Part shown: in pieces, positions 48,541 to 62,619 of the stretch
How the letters are laid out: the number at the start of each line of letters is the position of its first letter
How positions within the stretch are numbered: the first letter of the stretch is position 1
Assembly: GCF_004010195.1 (NCBI RefSeq)
Contig: NC_057752.1
Coordinates: forward strand, 6,959,802-7,023,801
Source: Chiloscyllium plagiosum
Lineage: Eukaryota
Direction: 5' to 3'
Length of the DNA stretch: 64,000 nt
Program-made: the position numbers and the translations under genes
Notes under the pieces: generated by a model
The model's database searches: none
What the model was told of the DNA's origin: nothing
What the model saw: the letters and a program-made list of their open reading frames with translations, nothing else

Positions 48541-51500
48541 CTGTCATCTGCAAAAGATGGAGATATTACCTTTAATTCCTTTAAGAGGATAAGGTTACAT
48601 ATATAATCCCACACCCAACATAATAGCAAACATCAATCCCATAGTATTCCACTATGGAGTCACTGCCCACCACTCAAGACTAATTTATGCCTAATGCTTC
48701 CTGTCTGCCAACCAGTTCTATCATTTCAGTACTTTCAATCCCATGCACTTTAATGGGAAGTCATTGCTAATCTTTAAAAGCTTTGAAAGATTAGCAAAGT
48801 CCAAGTAAACCACATCAACTTCTAATTACAGACTGGTTGGTCAAATGTTGTTTCATGAATGTAGACTCTTTCAACTGGGTTTTCCAAGTGCTCCATTAAT
48901 GTTTTTGATAGACTCAACCAATTAGGCTAAGTGGTCTTGGAGCCCCAGCTATTAAATTGCTTTGGATACTTCTAGTCTTGAGTTTTATACCAAAGTAGTG
49001 ATTAGGAGCCCAAATCCACCAGAAACTTCTGACCCAGAGGCAAAAAGCATTAAGTCAACCAAGCCAATATTGTGGTTCCATTAGGCACTAGAGAGATCAA
49101 CATTCTACAGAACTCCAGAAACTTCAACTGTATTAAGCCAATGCATTAAAAAAAACTAGTTGAGCAACCAAAACAATGTAAAAGAGATGCCAAGATGGAA
49201 TCATGAGATTACTAGTGGAATATAAACAGCAACTCAAAACTAGATAAGCCAACTGGCCTGTTAGTTACCTTGTCCTTGATTTTACACAACTGTTATTTAA
49301 CTAATACCACCAGTTGAGAAAGTCCATATCTTTCCTTCAATAAAGTTGAAAATTGCAAAAACCAGTTTTAGCTAGTGCTTCCAAGCAAGCCTTGGAACTA
49401 TCCAACTAACCTGGTTGCAATTAGCTTTGTCCACCACAGTCCAACACCAGCATCTCCACATCATGGCTTCCTTCACTAGTGGAGGCTCACCATGAAAGCT
49501 GATGGACTAGTCTAGGTCAAGAATGCATACATTTCCTTTTCTCAAACTCAGACTAATTGTATTTTAAACAAAAGATCTAAGCCAGTATTCAAAGTGCTCA
49601 AAACTCAGACAAATTAGTACAATTTCTGTCCTCCTTTCATGGTAGTTTTCTTCACTGCTTTAAATTTCTTGCCTCAAATTCTCTTCAAGTCAACTAAGAC
49701 AGGACAACTACTTCAGTCACTGAAGCTAATAAAAATAAAAGGTTTGTTCTTGCAGGAACAGTTTGGCTATCAGCCTACATTAGGGGTCTGACTGGCAAAT
49801 TCAGTTGTAATCAGGCAAAGCCATGTATTTGGACAAGATAGAGACTTAGTTGATCTTACATTTTCAGCACATTGCTCACTTTTACTTCACCTGCTGCAGC
49901 ATTCTAGTGAAAATGCAACAAGAGCAGCAGCACAACTTCCAGCTACCTAGACATTTTCCTAATCCGAAACTGCTGGTTTCTCCATGTCAAATTAGGTGCT
50001 ATTTGAACTGGTCACTTGCTTTCAAAACAGCTGTTTGGCCATTCTAACCTTTATATGCTATAAAAGCTTTTGCCTACTAGTTACCACTCCTTTACAACAT
50101 TAGAATGGAAGCACTCATTTATTCCTCCAGCCCAGATCTGGAATATTAAACTCCATACCAAGTGGAAAGGGACAAGTTGCTGCTGGCCCTGCTGATCTTT
50201 CAGTACTATACACCAAAACAGGTCAGGTACAAAAGTAACAGGAAGTCCTGCTTATAGTAATGCTAGATATGCAGTTGGGTACTATCCAACTGTCCTTATA
50301 TAGGAGAAAAAGATCTTCCAAAAAAAAAACCCACACACTGCAGCCACTTGAATTGCTCAAACATGTCACCATTCAAAAAACCTCTTGACACAGGACAAGT
50401 TAACACAACAACCAGTACAAGAGAACATGCAGAAAAAAGGGGCAAGGATAAAATGTTAATAATTTTCCTTGCTAAGTACCAAATTTAAAAGAGGTAATAT
50501 TTAACTCAATACACCAAGATTTTTAGGTCAGTCATCCATTGCTTGCTGTTTGAAGCCATACTGGGAGCATTTTGGCTGTTGCATTTGCTAGAGATACAAG
50601 GCTGCATTTGGGATATCCAGAGGTCAAAATGCAAATTCAAGTGTAAACAAGCTGAAATACACAGATTTAACAGATACAACCCTAAATCAGGGTTGAAGTA
50701 GTTAACCTGAAAATTTCAGTGCATTTTATTCACTAGCATTACAAGAGTGCTATGACTCAGGACCAGAAAATGCAAAAGTTGAGCCAGGGAAGTAATCAGT
50801 TGGGAGGGGCCATTTTGGTTGGATTAAAACAAACTGCATGTAGATTGCAAAATTAAGAACATAGGCTCTGGAAATTGAGTGGTTGACACTCAGATGCAAG
50901 TGTTTTTTCCTAAAAGGTTGGTGTTAAGGTATATTAAGTGAATGCTTGCAGAATAAAATGGCTTGGATTTCTCCCATCAAGCTTTAGTCAAAAAAGTGAC
51001 TAAATATAATAGTGCAATAGTTTAGTAAAAAAGACAGACCAATAGCTTCAAGGCCTAGTGACTTCAGTATAGAGATTTGACTGCTGATCTGGGGAAAAAA
51101 GTTATCACAGACAAGAGAAGTCAAACCTCTTGGAATAACTAGGGATATGTACAGGTGGTGCCTCAGTTAAGTTATTCATAGTTATTCCAACTACCCAAAC
51201 AGTAGTGAGTTTGAAATACAGTAGGGCTGGAATCACATGCAGGTCATACAGGGAAGGATAACTGGTTTCCTTCCTCTAATACACGTTGTTGACAATAGTC
51301 ACGTGGTTACTGTATTTTTAAAATGTGGGATTAAAGTTTTAAATCTGCCATGGTGTTTCAAACCCATGCTCAGGATATTTGACTTCTATTCCAGAACCCC
51401 AGTGAGCTTACAACATCAGCACCCCACAAAAAAATTGATACATTAAAAGTAGAGATGTAGTCCCTCATGTTTCCTCAAATGAAATGCAAATTGCTATTAG

Positions 51501-51589
51501 TGTATGACAATTCATCATAGCACAAGGTCTTTAATATAGGAGTTACATTAAATACATTGGTGAATCAGAATGAATTCCATTACCATGAA

Positions 51590-53970
51590 TTAGTTGCAAC
51601 ATAAGCTTTAATAAAGCCTGGCTTAATTACAAAATATAATGACATTTTAGAAGAGACTGTTGCATCTATTCACAAGCAGTTTCTTGGCACCAAAATTTAA
51701 CTTTACAGATCCTGCAGAGAACAATTGAAAAAAATAGGTTGCCCACAATCACATCCTGTTCACTTCCAATTGAAGACAAATATTGCATTACATGTACCAA
51801 GTAATTCACAACTGTACATACCCAAATATTTCACCCAGCTTCAACTCAGACAAGCTATTCAGCCACAGGAACTAGATCTGTGCTAAAGCAATGTACAGAG
51901 GGAAAATTTGGCAATCAGGCATTTAGTTTACAATTTAAAGTTTTGGAAAGAACAATCTTGCAATAACTATACACATTGTAGGCTCAAACATGAACTTGAG
52001 ATGTCATATTTGTACCTGGAAATCAACTGCCATGGGAAGACCCAATTCTGTGTCAAGAGGTCAGATGTGACAAATTCAGTGCATGATTTATACATAATGT
52101 GGATGACAAGGCACCAGACTACATGAAATGCAAAAAACAGTAACAGTAAAGTGCATTGAAAAGAGAATTCCTATGCAAAGCCCATTCATACTCTACAGTG
52201 GCAGATCTAAAAAGTGCACTAAAAATTAAGATGCATTCTATTTGCCAGTAGTCAAAGAAACACCCAGTCTCATGACAAAAACTGAAAAAATCTATTATGG
52301 ACCAATCTGACAGGCTGATATGGTATCATTGTTATGAACTGCTTAAAATCAGATTTCAATTGTTTAGAAGATAGAGATTTAAATCCAGAAGATAGAGCAC
52401 ATTTAAAAATTGCTCAGGTGAATCAGACAATGAAGCAGCATCTTTCAACCTGCCCCTGTCCTAAAAACAGCATTGAGGTCAATGACCTAAGTAGGCAGTC
52501 ACTTGCAGTACAAGAAATTCTTTGTCATCTAGATTCAGGAGATCATGACTACTGTCATAGCCTGTTAATTCATTGAGGGGACCTTGCACAAACCAGAAGA
52601 AAATAAATTGATGTCCAAGGCTGAATATCTTGAGGAAACAAGTGTTTAACTGGGGGAGAAAAAAAGTGACAAAGTAAACTTCAAGGTTTTTTTTAAAAAA
52701 ACTTCAGAAGCTGGTGCATTCTACTAGAGAATCAACCTTATGTTCAAGTTTTGCAGTCAAAAGCGGAATGCAATATTGGAAGGCGGCTCACAGTCATGTC
52801 AGTTTAAGTTTTATCCACAAACCCACCCTCTCCAAAAAGAGAAAGTAACAACCCACTTCCAAATGAAGCTGGACGAAATAGTAGAGCATCTAACTCATGG
52901 TAGAAACTGGCAATACAGATGTCAACTTGCACCAGAAAACAAAGTGGGGAAGTTAAAAGTGCTCAGCAAGTATTATATATATATATCCTATTGCAGGAAC
53001 CTGAACAAATTGGGAGCAAGGAGTTTTGGCCAAGTTATTCAGGATGTGTAGTGGTTAGTTTTCAAAACCTTGCTCAATCTTGCCAATATTCATAGCTAGC
53101 TTATTTATTGCACTCAACTTTAGATCACCCAGGAGCAAAAAGTATACAGTACTACTGCAGCCCATGTCAACAGGACTATTATGAAACTGCATTCCTCACT
53201 AGATTGTTTAACTTTACTGTACCATTATCCCCAAGCCTGCATGTGCTATTTGATTCCCAATTTCAAAAAAGTGGGCATTGCCATGAGATCTATACAATTT
53301 ATAAAAAAGTTAAACCCAATAGTTGTACAAACTAAAAAGCCAACTTGGCTATTTAAAACAGCACCCACTGCTTAAAACATGGTAAATTTCAAAGTGTACT
53401 GCCTAGAGTTCAGAGTCCTATCACAGCTATTTACCAGTGTAGGTTTAGTTACTATCTTAGCTGTTAGATTGCTTACCCTAGGGTGGGCACAACTGTTTAG
53501 TGCAGGATCTTTGATTTGTAGTTTTAATCCTAGAGGCCCAATTCCTACATACTAAGTGACAAAGGCTTCCCTGCCAAGGTTAAACAATGCAAACACTGAC
53601 ATGCAGTTTCAACATAAGGGCAAACATTGACAATTAGAGGATACAGTTTGCAAATCAGCACAAGCTGCAAAGTTAGAACAATCTGAATAGAGTTCCAAAT
53701 TATCTACAAGTCTTGTTTAAAAAAGCTTTGAATAACTGGTATTCTATGAAACAGAGTGCATTCATATAGCAATAACATTAAAAAAAGGAAGGTGATTAAG
53801 TTGATTTTACATCTCTAGTAAAAATAAAGATGGTGTTAAGTCAAATCCCACATCCATTCTGCAGGTACTTTTACTGAAGCATTGCAAGAGGCATGGATGT
53901 AGAGATTTCATTTCAACTTGTTATTGAATGTGCAGTTGTCAACTTGGAGCAAGCTCCCTTCATGGTTTGC
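51590..53970 (-). other. RAB5B: Probable RAB5B 3' UTR
   Basis: Repeat-free, U-rich (minus strand) stretch after the stop. Candidate signals: AATAAA 53104-53109, ATTAAA 51607-51612, and further AATAAA at 50725 and 50118. Confidence 0.55.
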
Positions 53971-54086
53971 TTAGTTGCTACAACACTGGCTCTTGTTCTG
54001 CTGAGACTGTTCATGGAGATCCACACCTCTGTTACGGCCGGTGGTTCCACTGGCATTCTGAAGTTCGGTCTTTGGCAGCTTCTTGG
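53971..54086 (-). CDS. RAB5B: RAB5B last coding exon: (A)[37 protein letters not shown]
   Basis: tctttatcttccAG acceptor; CCSN prenylation motif; TAA at 53971-53973. Confidence 0.95.
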
Positions 54087-54614
54087 CTGGAAGATAAAGA
54101 TATGTGTAATGGTGCTCCTTGTGACATAGGCTGATAAACAACCTTTGAAAAAAGCAGCTTAAAAATCAATTTGAAACCATTTCCAAGATCCAATTTAAAA
54201 AAGGGAATATTCAGCTGGAACTGGAGAATTTAAGTTAGAAAGCCAGACATCTCAGTCCCATGTATCAAGTGACTACCACTTTCTATAGAGTGTTGTTAGA
54301 AGAGTTTGCTTGTGGAAATTAGGGGTTCAAAATTAGTTGGTTGAACTGCAGAACAGTCTAAACCTAGACATTTAAACTTTCCACAGGAGTTAAGCATGTA
54401 TAAATGGCAATCACAGGCAAAAGTCAAGTGACTCAAACTGGACTGCCAAAACAATCTTTGAAGCCAGCAACTCATTTGCGCAATGGCAATTCTCACCTTG
54501 AAGCAGAGACTGGAGGTGTGGAGTTGTAGGATACATTTAGAAATATTTAAAAACAACCTCTGTTCTGCCTGAAACTTAACTGCTAGCAGCCTGGGTGGAT
54601 TAAAACCCAAAAAT

Positions 54615-54790
54615 GCTTGCATTTACATAGCGCCTCATCACATCTGTAGGGCATTGCCAAGCACTTTGCAACCAAGTAATTTTGTAGTGCACTTATGCAG
54701 CCAAATGCAGCAGCTAATTTGCGCTTGAGGTACCACAAACAGCAAGTAGAAAGACTGACCAGTTGATGTTGGTAGGGGTGTCAATTACAC
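54615..54790 (-). mobile_element. Deu-SINE 3' fragment
   Basis: cttgcatttacatagcgcc...aagcactttgcaacc tail. Confidence 0.55.
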
Positions 54791-55492
54791 ACCAACGATC
54801 CCCATTTTTGAATGCCACAAGATATGTACACTTTGGCTCACAAACCATCTGAAAAGACTATGTAGCAGTACTTGATACTATATAGATGTAAACAGCACAA
54901 GTTGTACAAGAGGTCCAGATAAAAAAAGGTTAATGAAACCATTAAAAAAGAATGCTGCCAGATTGTGCCAAGCTATTTGTAACTTGAAGGACCATATGAA
55001 TTAAAGTGATGCAACTCATCCTGCCTATTTCAAGTGCTATGGGATATGGCATTCTACAAGTTCTAACTTTACTAAGGGCTTTACACAGTTTTGGATACAA
55101 GCTATCCCTCACTTAAAATGGACTTTTTCCACACTAATTGGAACTACAAAATACTAAAGCTACACCAGTTTAAGTCTAGGAAAGACAAACCAGAAAGTGT
55201 GCACCAACTAAAGTCACCATACCTGGAAAAAGGAGTAGACATTTCAAGTTGCCAATGCATACAGAAGTTAGTCTACACAAACACCACATGCTTATTTTAG
55301 GCAGCTAAAGTAAATAGGATTGCTCTTTTATAAGATGGTGGGGATTGTTCTCCCTCAACTACTCAATTTCAGCAATTCTTTAAAAAAAAATCACTAACAT
55401 CTTATGTATTAAAAAAGTTCAAAGAATCAAGTTATCCCTCTCGATTGTTTCCCAGTTACCTGGATTATCTGCTGGAGGACTTATATTCCTGA

Positions 55493-55780
55493 TAGTGTGG
55501 AAACAGGTCATTTGGCCCAACAAGTCCACATTCCTCCCAAGAGCAACCCACCCAGATCCATTTCCCTCTGACTAAATGCACCTAACACATTGTGGGCAAT
55601 TTATCATTCCCAATTCACCTGACCTGCACATCTTTGCACTGTGGGAGGAGGAAATTAGTACCTGGAGGAAACCCATGCAGACATGGAGAACATCTGGAGT
55701 TTGCAGTTGGAGATTAGAATCAAACCAGGTCTCTGGTGCTATGAGGCAACAGTGCTAACCACTGAGCCATGTGCCACCCT
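55493..55780 (-). mobile_element. Diverged V-SINE in RAB5B intron
   Basis: Reverse tRNA head and V core. Confidence 0.8.
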
Positions 55781-55834
55781 ACTTCTTCCTACTCAAAGTT
55801 CACTTCAGCACAATTCAGATGTTACAAGTCTTAC

Positions 55835-55928
55835 CTATTGCCAAAAATAGGTCATTAACATTCATTGCTGTTTTGGCAGATGTCTCCATGAACAACAAAC
55901 TATTATCATCTGCATATCCTTGTGCTTC
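55835..55928 (-). CDS. RAB5B: RAB5B coding exon 4: [31 protein letters not shown]
   Basis: caacAG|GAA ... ATAG|GTAAG; G5 box ETSAK; 94 nt. Confidence 0.96.
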
Positions 55929-56015
55929 CTGTTGAAAAAGCAAAAATGGTGGCGGTGATGTTTGCTGTGACCTTATAGACCTACAAAGAATATTTTCTCA
56001 CTAATAAAAACCCAC

Positions 56016-56138
56016 CTCATATTCCACCATCCTTTTATTAGCCAGATCAGCTTTGTTTCCTGACAGGGCTATAACTATATTGGGACTTGCTTGTCGCTGC
56101 AACTCTTTTACCCATGTCTTTGCTCTTGCAAAGGTCTC
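56016..56138 (-). CDS. RAB5B: RAB5B coding exon 3: [41 protein letters not shown]
   Basis: tttcAG|GAG ... GAG|GTGGG; G4 box NKAD; 123 nt. Confidence 0.96.
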
Positions 56139-57126
56139 CTGAAACAAGATACATGTTTGATGCAAACAATTTAAACAGGTTAGATTCATTTCTGCATTCC
56201 AAGTTGTATTATAAGCAAGTCTAGGAAAGGGGTAGGCAAAGAATAAATTGTTGGTTACTTTTATTAAAATTCATTATGCTTAAAATGTTCAATATTACCA
56301 TATGAAAAGTTACTCTACAGACTTGCAAAAACAGTAAAATTTGAAGTATGACCAAAGTACTCCACTGCAATTTTTCATCCAATGAAAGGAAACAAGCCAA
56401 AACTACAGTTGCTGGCTCCCTCCAGAGAGCAGCTTATTCCTCCTTTAAGAGAAGAAGTGTTTGAGCAAAGGTCTGATGCTTTCATTCTTAAAGTACACTA
56501 CATTAAGTGTCTCTAAAAGCAGACCAGAGGGACATGACAGTTTAAAGCTAATTTAAAAATTTGTTCTAGTCAAAGATGAATATACACAAAATAAAAGCAC
56601 CAATTCTGAAATTACTCCAGTTTGGAAGCAGTTAAAAATTTATGAAACTCTCCACAAACTGCAGTCAACTTGTGCTTCAGCTCCAGGTAGAGATCAACTC
56701 TGGATTGGTCATTAGGTCTTGAAGATGTGAACTTGCAATTAAAAAAAGTTCAGTTCATATGGGTTGAAGTATTTTTAATTGCATAAATTTAGCAGCTTTC
56801 AGGAATGTGCTGTTTTACTAGTTATGTGCATTGTAAGACAGAAAGCAGAAGCCCCAAGGTATCCTTGGGTCTTCTCCAATGCAAGAGAGAGTGCACTAAA
56901 GGAACATTGGCTTGAATTGAAACTCAAAATTAATTTCTATAACAAAAATGAAAGGTGAAATGTTCCAATAACAGTGATTAGAGAATTACTTTGATGAAAA
57001 ATTCCCTAGCCTAGTTTCAGCTCAAGCTGGAGAAGAGATAGGACTAGCTCCAAAAAAAAAGGTGTCAAAAAAGGTATCCCATGAACAAGGACAATAACTA
57101 AATCACATTTCATCAGTAGCTCAAAC

Positions 57127-57278
57127 CTGATTGGTGATGTCATAAACCACAATGGCAGCTTGAGCACCTCTGTAGTACATGGGAGCTAAACTGTGATACC
57201 GCTCCTGTCCAGCAGTGTCCCAGATCTCAAACTTTACTGTTGTATCATCCAAGCAGACGGATTGTGTCAGAAATGCAG
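57127..57278 (-). CDS. RAB5B: RAB5B coding exon 2: (A)[50 protein letters not shown]
   Basis: aaatAG|CT ... CAG|GTTTG; G3 box WDTAGQE; 152 nt. Confidence 0.97.
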
Positions 57279-57339
57279 CTATTTAAAAAAAAACAACAGT
57301 GTCAGGGCATTGCATTCAAAAATAAAAACTAAGTATTGA

Positions 57340-58870
57340 GGCTTTCAAGCAAAGGTTAAGACAGCAGACAGGCAGGCATAATTGAAATTTAAAAGAGGTT
57401 ACTTTAAAAACAGTTGAGGAAACAAAAAAATTTTGGTAAGAAACGTCAGAGTTAAATAGATATTTTGCACCAGTCTTTATGGTGGCAGATTGTGAATGTT
57501 GATTACTGAAGAATAAGGGAGTAGGAATGAGGTGTACTATAGTATTAGACAAACTAATGGGACTAAAAAGGCAGACAAGTCACTTTGCTCTGATTGCAGG
57601 ATCTGCAGATCCTGCAGAGGTAGCACCAAAATAGTGAATGCATTAGTTCTAATTTTTGAAAAATTAGAATTCTAGGGAAGTGCCAGATTTTTGGAAAACT
57701 GCTAATGTGATACCCCTGTTCAGAGGGGAGGGTGGAAGCAAAAAGTAGGTAACTACAAGCTGATTAGCTTTGTTAAGTACAGAATTAAATTAAAAGGAAG
57801 CAATAGATTTAGAAGATCAGTGTAAATCAAGCAGTTAACATGGCTCCATAAAAATGGGAAATAGTGTCTGACTAATTTCTTGGAGTGGAGGAAGACTCAC
57901 TGCATAAAAGGGAACCAATAGATGTGCTGTATTGGACTTGAGGTGCTTGATAAAGGCACCTCAAAATGAGTCATAAGAGCCCACTATTGGGGGGGGGGGG
58001 GGGTGTCATATATTGACATGTATAGAGAATTGGCTCATGGGAAAAGTGGGGTAAAGGGTTCTTTTTCAGGTTGGCAAAGAATGATTATGGGTTTCACAGG
58101 GATCAATGCTGGATAGCAACTGTTTGCAATATTTAAATACTGAGACAAGTTTAGTGGAAAGGAGGTGGAGGGGTGAAAATTCAAAAAAGCAGAAGGATAT
58201 CAATGGGTTAAGTGGGCAAAAAAGTTGTCAGGAGTGGGTGGGAAAGTGTGAAGTTCTTCACTTTGAAGAATAGGTTACTGGAAGTTGCAAAGGTATTTGA
58301 GGATACTGGTGCACAAAACCAGCATAGGCGATCAGGAACACTGGCCCCTAGTTCTAGGGGGGTTGGAGTATGAAGTGCTAGTGAGACCGCATCTGAAGTA
58401 CTGTCAGCAGTTTTGATCATTTCATTGGAGGCAGTTCAAAGTTCACTATGATCCCTGGTATGGAGGGATCATCTTAAAGGCTAAAAACAGGCTGGGACTA
58501 CTTATTGGAGCTGAGAATTGAGTTTCTCATACTAAAACAGGATTCTTAAGAGCCTTGTCAAGGTAAGTGCTGAGAGGTTATTCCTCTTCATGGGAAAGTC
58601 TAGAGCTGGACAGCAGTCTCAGAACAAAGGGGTGTCAATTTAAGACGAGGAGGAGGAATTTGAGGACTGACTCTTTGGAACTCCTAGCCAGACAGCTGTG
58701 GGGTGAAAAGTCCTTTGTGGCTTGAATGTGTGATTAGGTAGGGATAGGGGAATAAAGAGTTTTGTTACGGGGGAAAAAAGTTAGGAAAGTAGAATGAAGA
58801 ATGCCACATCAGCCATGATCCTATTGAATGGTAGAGCAGAATCAAGGGGCTGAACAGTCTACTCCTGTTC
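57340..58870 (+). mobile_element. Highly degraded CR1 LINE in RAB5B intron
   Basis: Remnants of WKTANVIPLF, GNYKLISF, RT and the 3' tail. Confidence 0.7.
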
Positions 58871-58939
58871 TCCCTCCCCCAGAAGCAGAGCATAGACTGA
58901 TTAAGTCACACACTTCTACACAGAAGCATCCCCAACCAA

Positions 58940-59244
58940 AGATTAGATTAGATTAGTTACAGTGTGGAAACAGGCCCTTCGGCCCAACAAGTCCACACCG
59001 CCCCGCCGAAGCGCAACCCACCCATACATTTACCCCTTACCTAACACTACGGGCAATTTGGCAGGGCCAATTCACCTGACCTGCACATCTTTGGACTGTG
59101 GGAGGAAACCGGAGCACCCGGAGGAAACCCACGCAGACACGGGGAGAATGTGCAAACTCCACACAGTCAGTCAGTCGCCTGAGTCGGGAATTGAACCCGG
59201 ATCTCTGGCGCTGTGAGGCAGCAGTGCTAACCACTGTGTCGCCC
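58940..59244 (-). mobile_element. Full-length V-SINE (HE1-like)
   Basis: (GATTA)n tail, V core, tRNA head. Confidence 0.9.
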
Positions 59245-59489
59245 AAAGCTGGAGACGTAGACGAGTTAAATTTGTTTTGTTGGTATTGGAGAATTGAAAA
59301 GTGTTGAATGACTCACACTGCCAGTGATTGAAACAGGATTATGCCAAGATGTGGCCAGGATGGAGAAAACTCCAGCAGATTGTCAGAACCACAGTTTGGT
59401 TTGTTGAGATTAACAGAGGTCAAAGAAATTCTGCTACAGCATGATGCTTCTCAGGGGCATCATCCATTGGTACATTAAAAAGTACTTAC

Positions 59490-59652
59490 CACCAATTGTG
59501 CTTTCCTGGTATTCATGGAATTGTCCTTTAACAAAGCGTAGCACAAGACTGGATTTGCCCACAGCTGACTCCCCTAGTAATACAAGCTTAAATTGGCAGA
59601 TTTTGCTGGTTTGGGACTGACCATTTGGCCTGGATACTCCCCTGCTGGCCAT
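59490..59652 (-). CDS. RAB5B: RAB5B coding exon 1: [54 protein letters not shown]
   Basis: ACCATGG Kozak context, P-loop GESAVGKS, donor G|GTAAGT, exon acceptor at 59750/59751. The five exons sum to 648 nt (215 aa). Residues [31 protein letters not shown] and [16 protein letters not shown] are RAB5B-type. Confidence 0.97.
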
Positions 59653-61084
59653 GGTCCTCAATAGTTGTAATAGAATCCTATTTAGGAGAGACAAGTTTGC
59701 CCACCAACTCAAGGGTAGGCACAACTTCCACTGCTTTGAATTATGCAACCTAAAAAAGTGAAAAAAATTGCTTTAAGTTTCACTTTATTTCTAGTGATTG
59801 CTCAAGTAGAAACAATTCAGTAGAAAACCAAACCACATGGAACAATTCATTTTGTATATTAAGTGAAATAACATAACCCAAGATACTTAAACCAAAAAAA
59901 AGTTGGGGAGTAATACAAGGCCTTTAAAACAAAAGTGTTTCTGGATGTCTGAAGGCAAATCGCTAAGAGAAAAAAAAGCACACGAAGATTAACATTCCAG
60001 GGATAGGAATTACAGAATGTTTTTAGAAAAGTGAAAAAAGTTAATGAGGAGTCACTGGCCAGATCAGCTTTTTTTGCCCATCCTAGACAGCAGTTAAGAA
60101 TCAACCATACTGCTATGGTCTGGAATCATGTATAGGCCACGCAAAGATGGTAGTTTCTTTCCCTAAAGGAAAATCAGGGAAAAACCCATCCAGTTCCCTA
60201 ATCAACAGTGGACAAATGGTCATTATTAAACCATTAATTCCAGTTTTAATTTAACTCAAATTCCACCATCTGCCATTGCCTGGGTCTCTGAGCTAATAGT
60301 CCAACAATAATATTGCTGGGGAGGTGCTGGCCTGGCAAAAATAGCTGTTGCCAAGATTAACATGACAATTACATTCAGCTATGCTTAAATCTTGGAAGAT
60401 TTTTAAAAAGTTGTGCTAAGCTCGTGAAGTCAGGGCCCATACCAAATCAGACCAAGTTGGAAAGATTTATTTTCACAAGCAAATGCATGTGAAAACATTC
60501 TGTCAAAGGAAACTAAAATACAACAAAAATGTGTTAGTTGCTCACACCAAGTCACTGGGGAAAAAATGCATGATAGCACAACTATTTGAAGTGGAGGTGA
60601 CATTTATAGGAAGGAATGTTACTATTTGACAAGTTAATTTTAATATCACAATATCTCCTTGGAAATCATCATTTCCCTCCTGGTGGCTTTAAATCTTAAA
60701 TTTTCAGTCAGTGTTTATTTCACTGACTGCTCAATAGGACTACTGAATTTTTTTTAAAACTGCATCACTCTCCAAAGCCACATGGTTAACTAGAAGTGCA
60801 GTGACTATGAAGGAGCATCAATAGACATTTGACCAAAACAAATTAAAGTAGGCAGAAAAGGTAGATGACAAATATGTGGAACAACAATGCAAGGAACTGA
60901 TTGTGAAAAATGTCAAAGCTTAGTCAGGAGTTGTCCTAGAATGCTAGTTTAAAGGTAAACCATTATACAGAGTAAGAGGTGGCCAGATTAGTTGGCAAGT
61001 TGACTGATGGGTAAAGAGGTTGCAATGAAGAGTGTGCTCATAAATGCTGATTGACAGGTAGAGCAAAGTAAAAACTCAACTTTG

Positions 61085-61195
61085 GACATTTTCTAAACAA
61101 CTTGCTCAGATGTTTTACATGCCTCTGGAGCAGGTGGAACTTGAACCTGGGCCTCCTGACTCAGATAGGGATACTACCCCTGCACCACAAAAGCA
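61085..61195 (-). mobile_element. Short tRNA-derived SINE
   Basis: Reverse complement of the element at ~9410-9530. Confidence 0.6.
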
Positions 61196-62619
61196 GTCAT
61201 TCTCTGCAGTGCATGTTTTATAGCAAATTGAAGACAAGGTTTAGTTAACTGAGCAATAATGTGTGGGGGTGGGAAGGAAGGAGAGAATTTAAAATTCCTG
61301 TCCACTAAGTCTCACCACTTAATTCACCTCCGGTCTTTACACATTTGCCTCAACAGACGAGTAGAGGTCATAGATCAGCACTAGTTGTCTTATCTAGCTT
61401 GTACATTAAGCAGTGATTAGAGCTCAAATCTGAAAACATGCAGAACAACCTCATTGTAAACTGCATAACCATGCCTCAATTTCTGGTGTTGCAGCAGTTT
61501 CCAGAAAAATAGAAGCTACACAATTGAGCATGTAATCTTCCTATTGAGAAGCCAAGCAAAAAAAAGGTAGCATTACTGAAACTCAACATGCCTGTGCCAC
61601 CACATACTTGTGTTTGGATGACTTAACAGCTCCTCCCAGCCACTCACTGCTGCAGCCCTGGTCAAGCAAAAACTGTCTGACAGATTAGCTCACCTTTTGT
61701 AAATAGACACTTATGGGATATGAGCAACAGCACCAACTCCTACACAATCTGGCAAGATTAATAGCTACCTTGGATCAAGTAACAAGACTGCAAAAACAAA
61801 CTCAGGTGAAGCTAAAAAGGTGATATTGGAACTGCAAAGAATGACAAGTCACCAATGAAAGGTTTTGCTCTTTAATACATGTCACTTTAAATTTTCAAAG
61901 TACTCCACAAGTCACATTATAGTACTACAAGCAAGGTTCAACCACTACTAGATGGAAGCACTGAACCTTGCTGGACTACAGTTTAGCAAACACTCCATTT
62001 TTTAGGTCATGTACAACAATTAAAGAATTAATTCACCTCATGAAATTAATCCAAAGACATTACCAGTGAATACTGATCACTGTTGAGCAATAGGCTGAAT
62101 TAGTTTTATATGACCAAGGGATCACAAGATCTACAGCTGCATTCAAACTTTCAACTGTTCACACATCAGAAGTGATTAACTGACATCCAAGTCAAGTAGA
62201 CACCTGGCTCTGATAACAGGTGGTTACATGCTGATGGTTAACTGGAGTCTACAGTAATGGGATGAAAGAACCCTTACAGCCAGAGGATTAGAAATCATGT
62301 CCCAATCTTGACCTCAGATTCTGGGCCTAATGTCCACAGACTGCCAATTACTGCCGAGTTAGCAGTAACAATACAGGATGGAAGCAAGCTTTAAAAGTGT
62401 GTACAGTATGAGAGATCTTTTTCACATGTTAGTTATGTACTGTGGAAACCTAGTCAAATTTGAAGTTCAATTCTGAGCTCTGGTTTAATCCTAAAATCTA
62501 TTAAGGTGATCTAGATCTATCATTGGGTCTAGAGTTTACACAAGATAAGATAGCACAAGTTAAGTGCAAGTAAAACAGAAGTTCTGGACTCATGTACTAG
62601 ATTACTTGGGTTTAGGCCA

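Noticed and set aside
59653..59748. N-terminal extension of RAB5B suggested by ORF 59434..59748
   Set aside because: Non-ATG start at the exon edge; the ATG at 59652 has a strong Kozak context and gives the canonical 215 aa.
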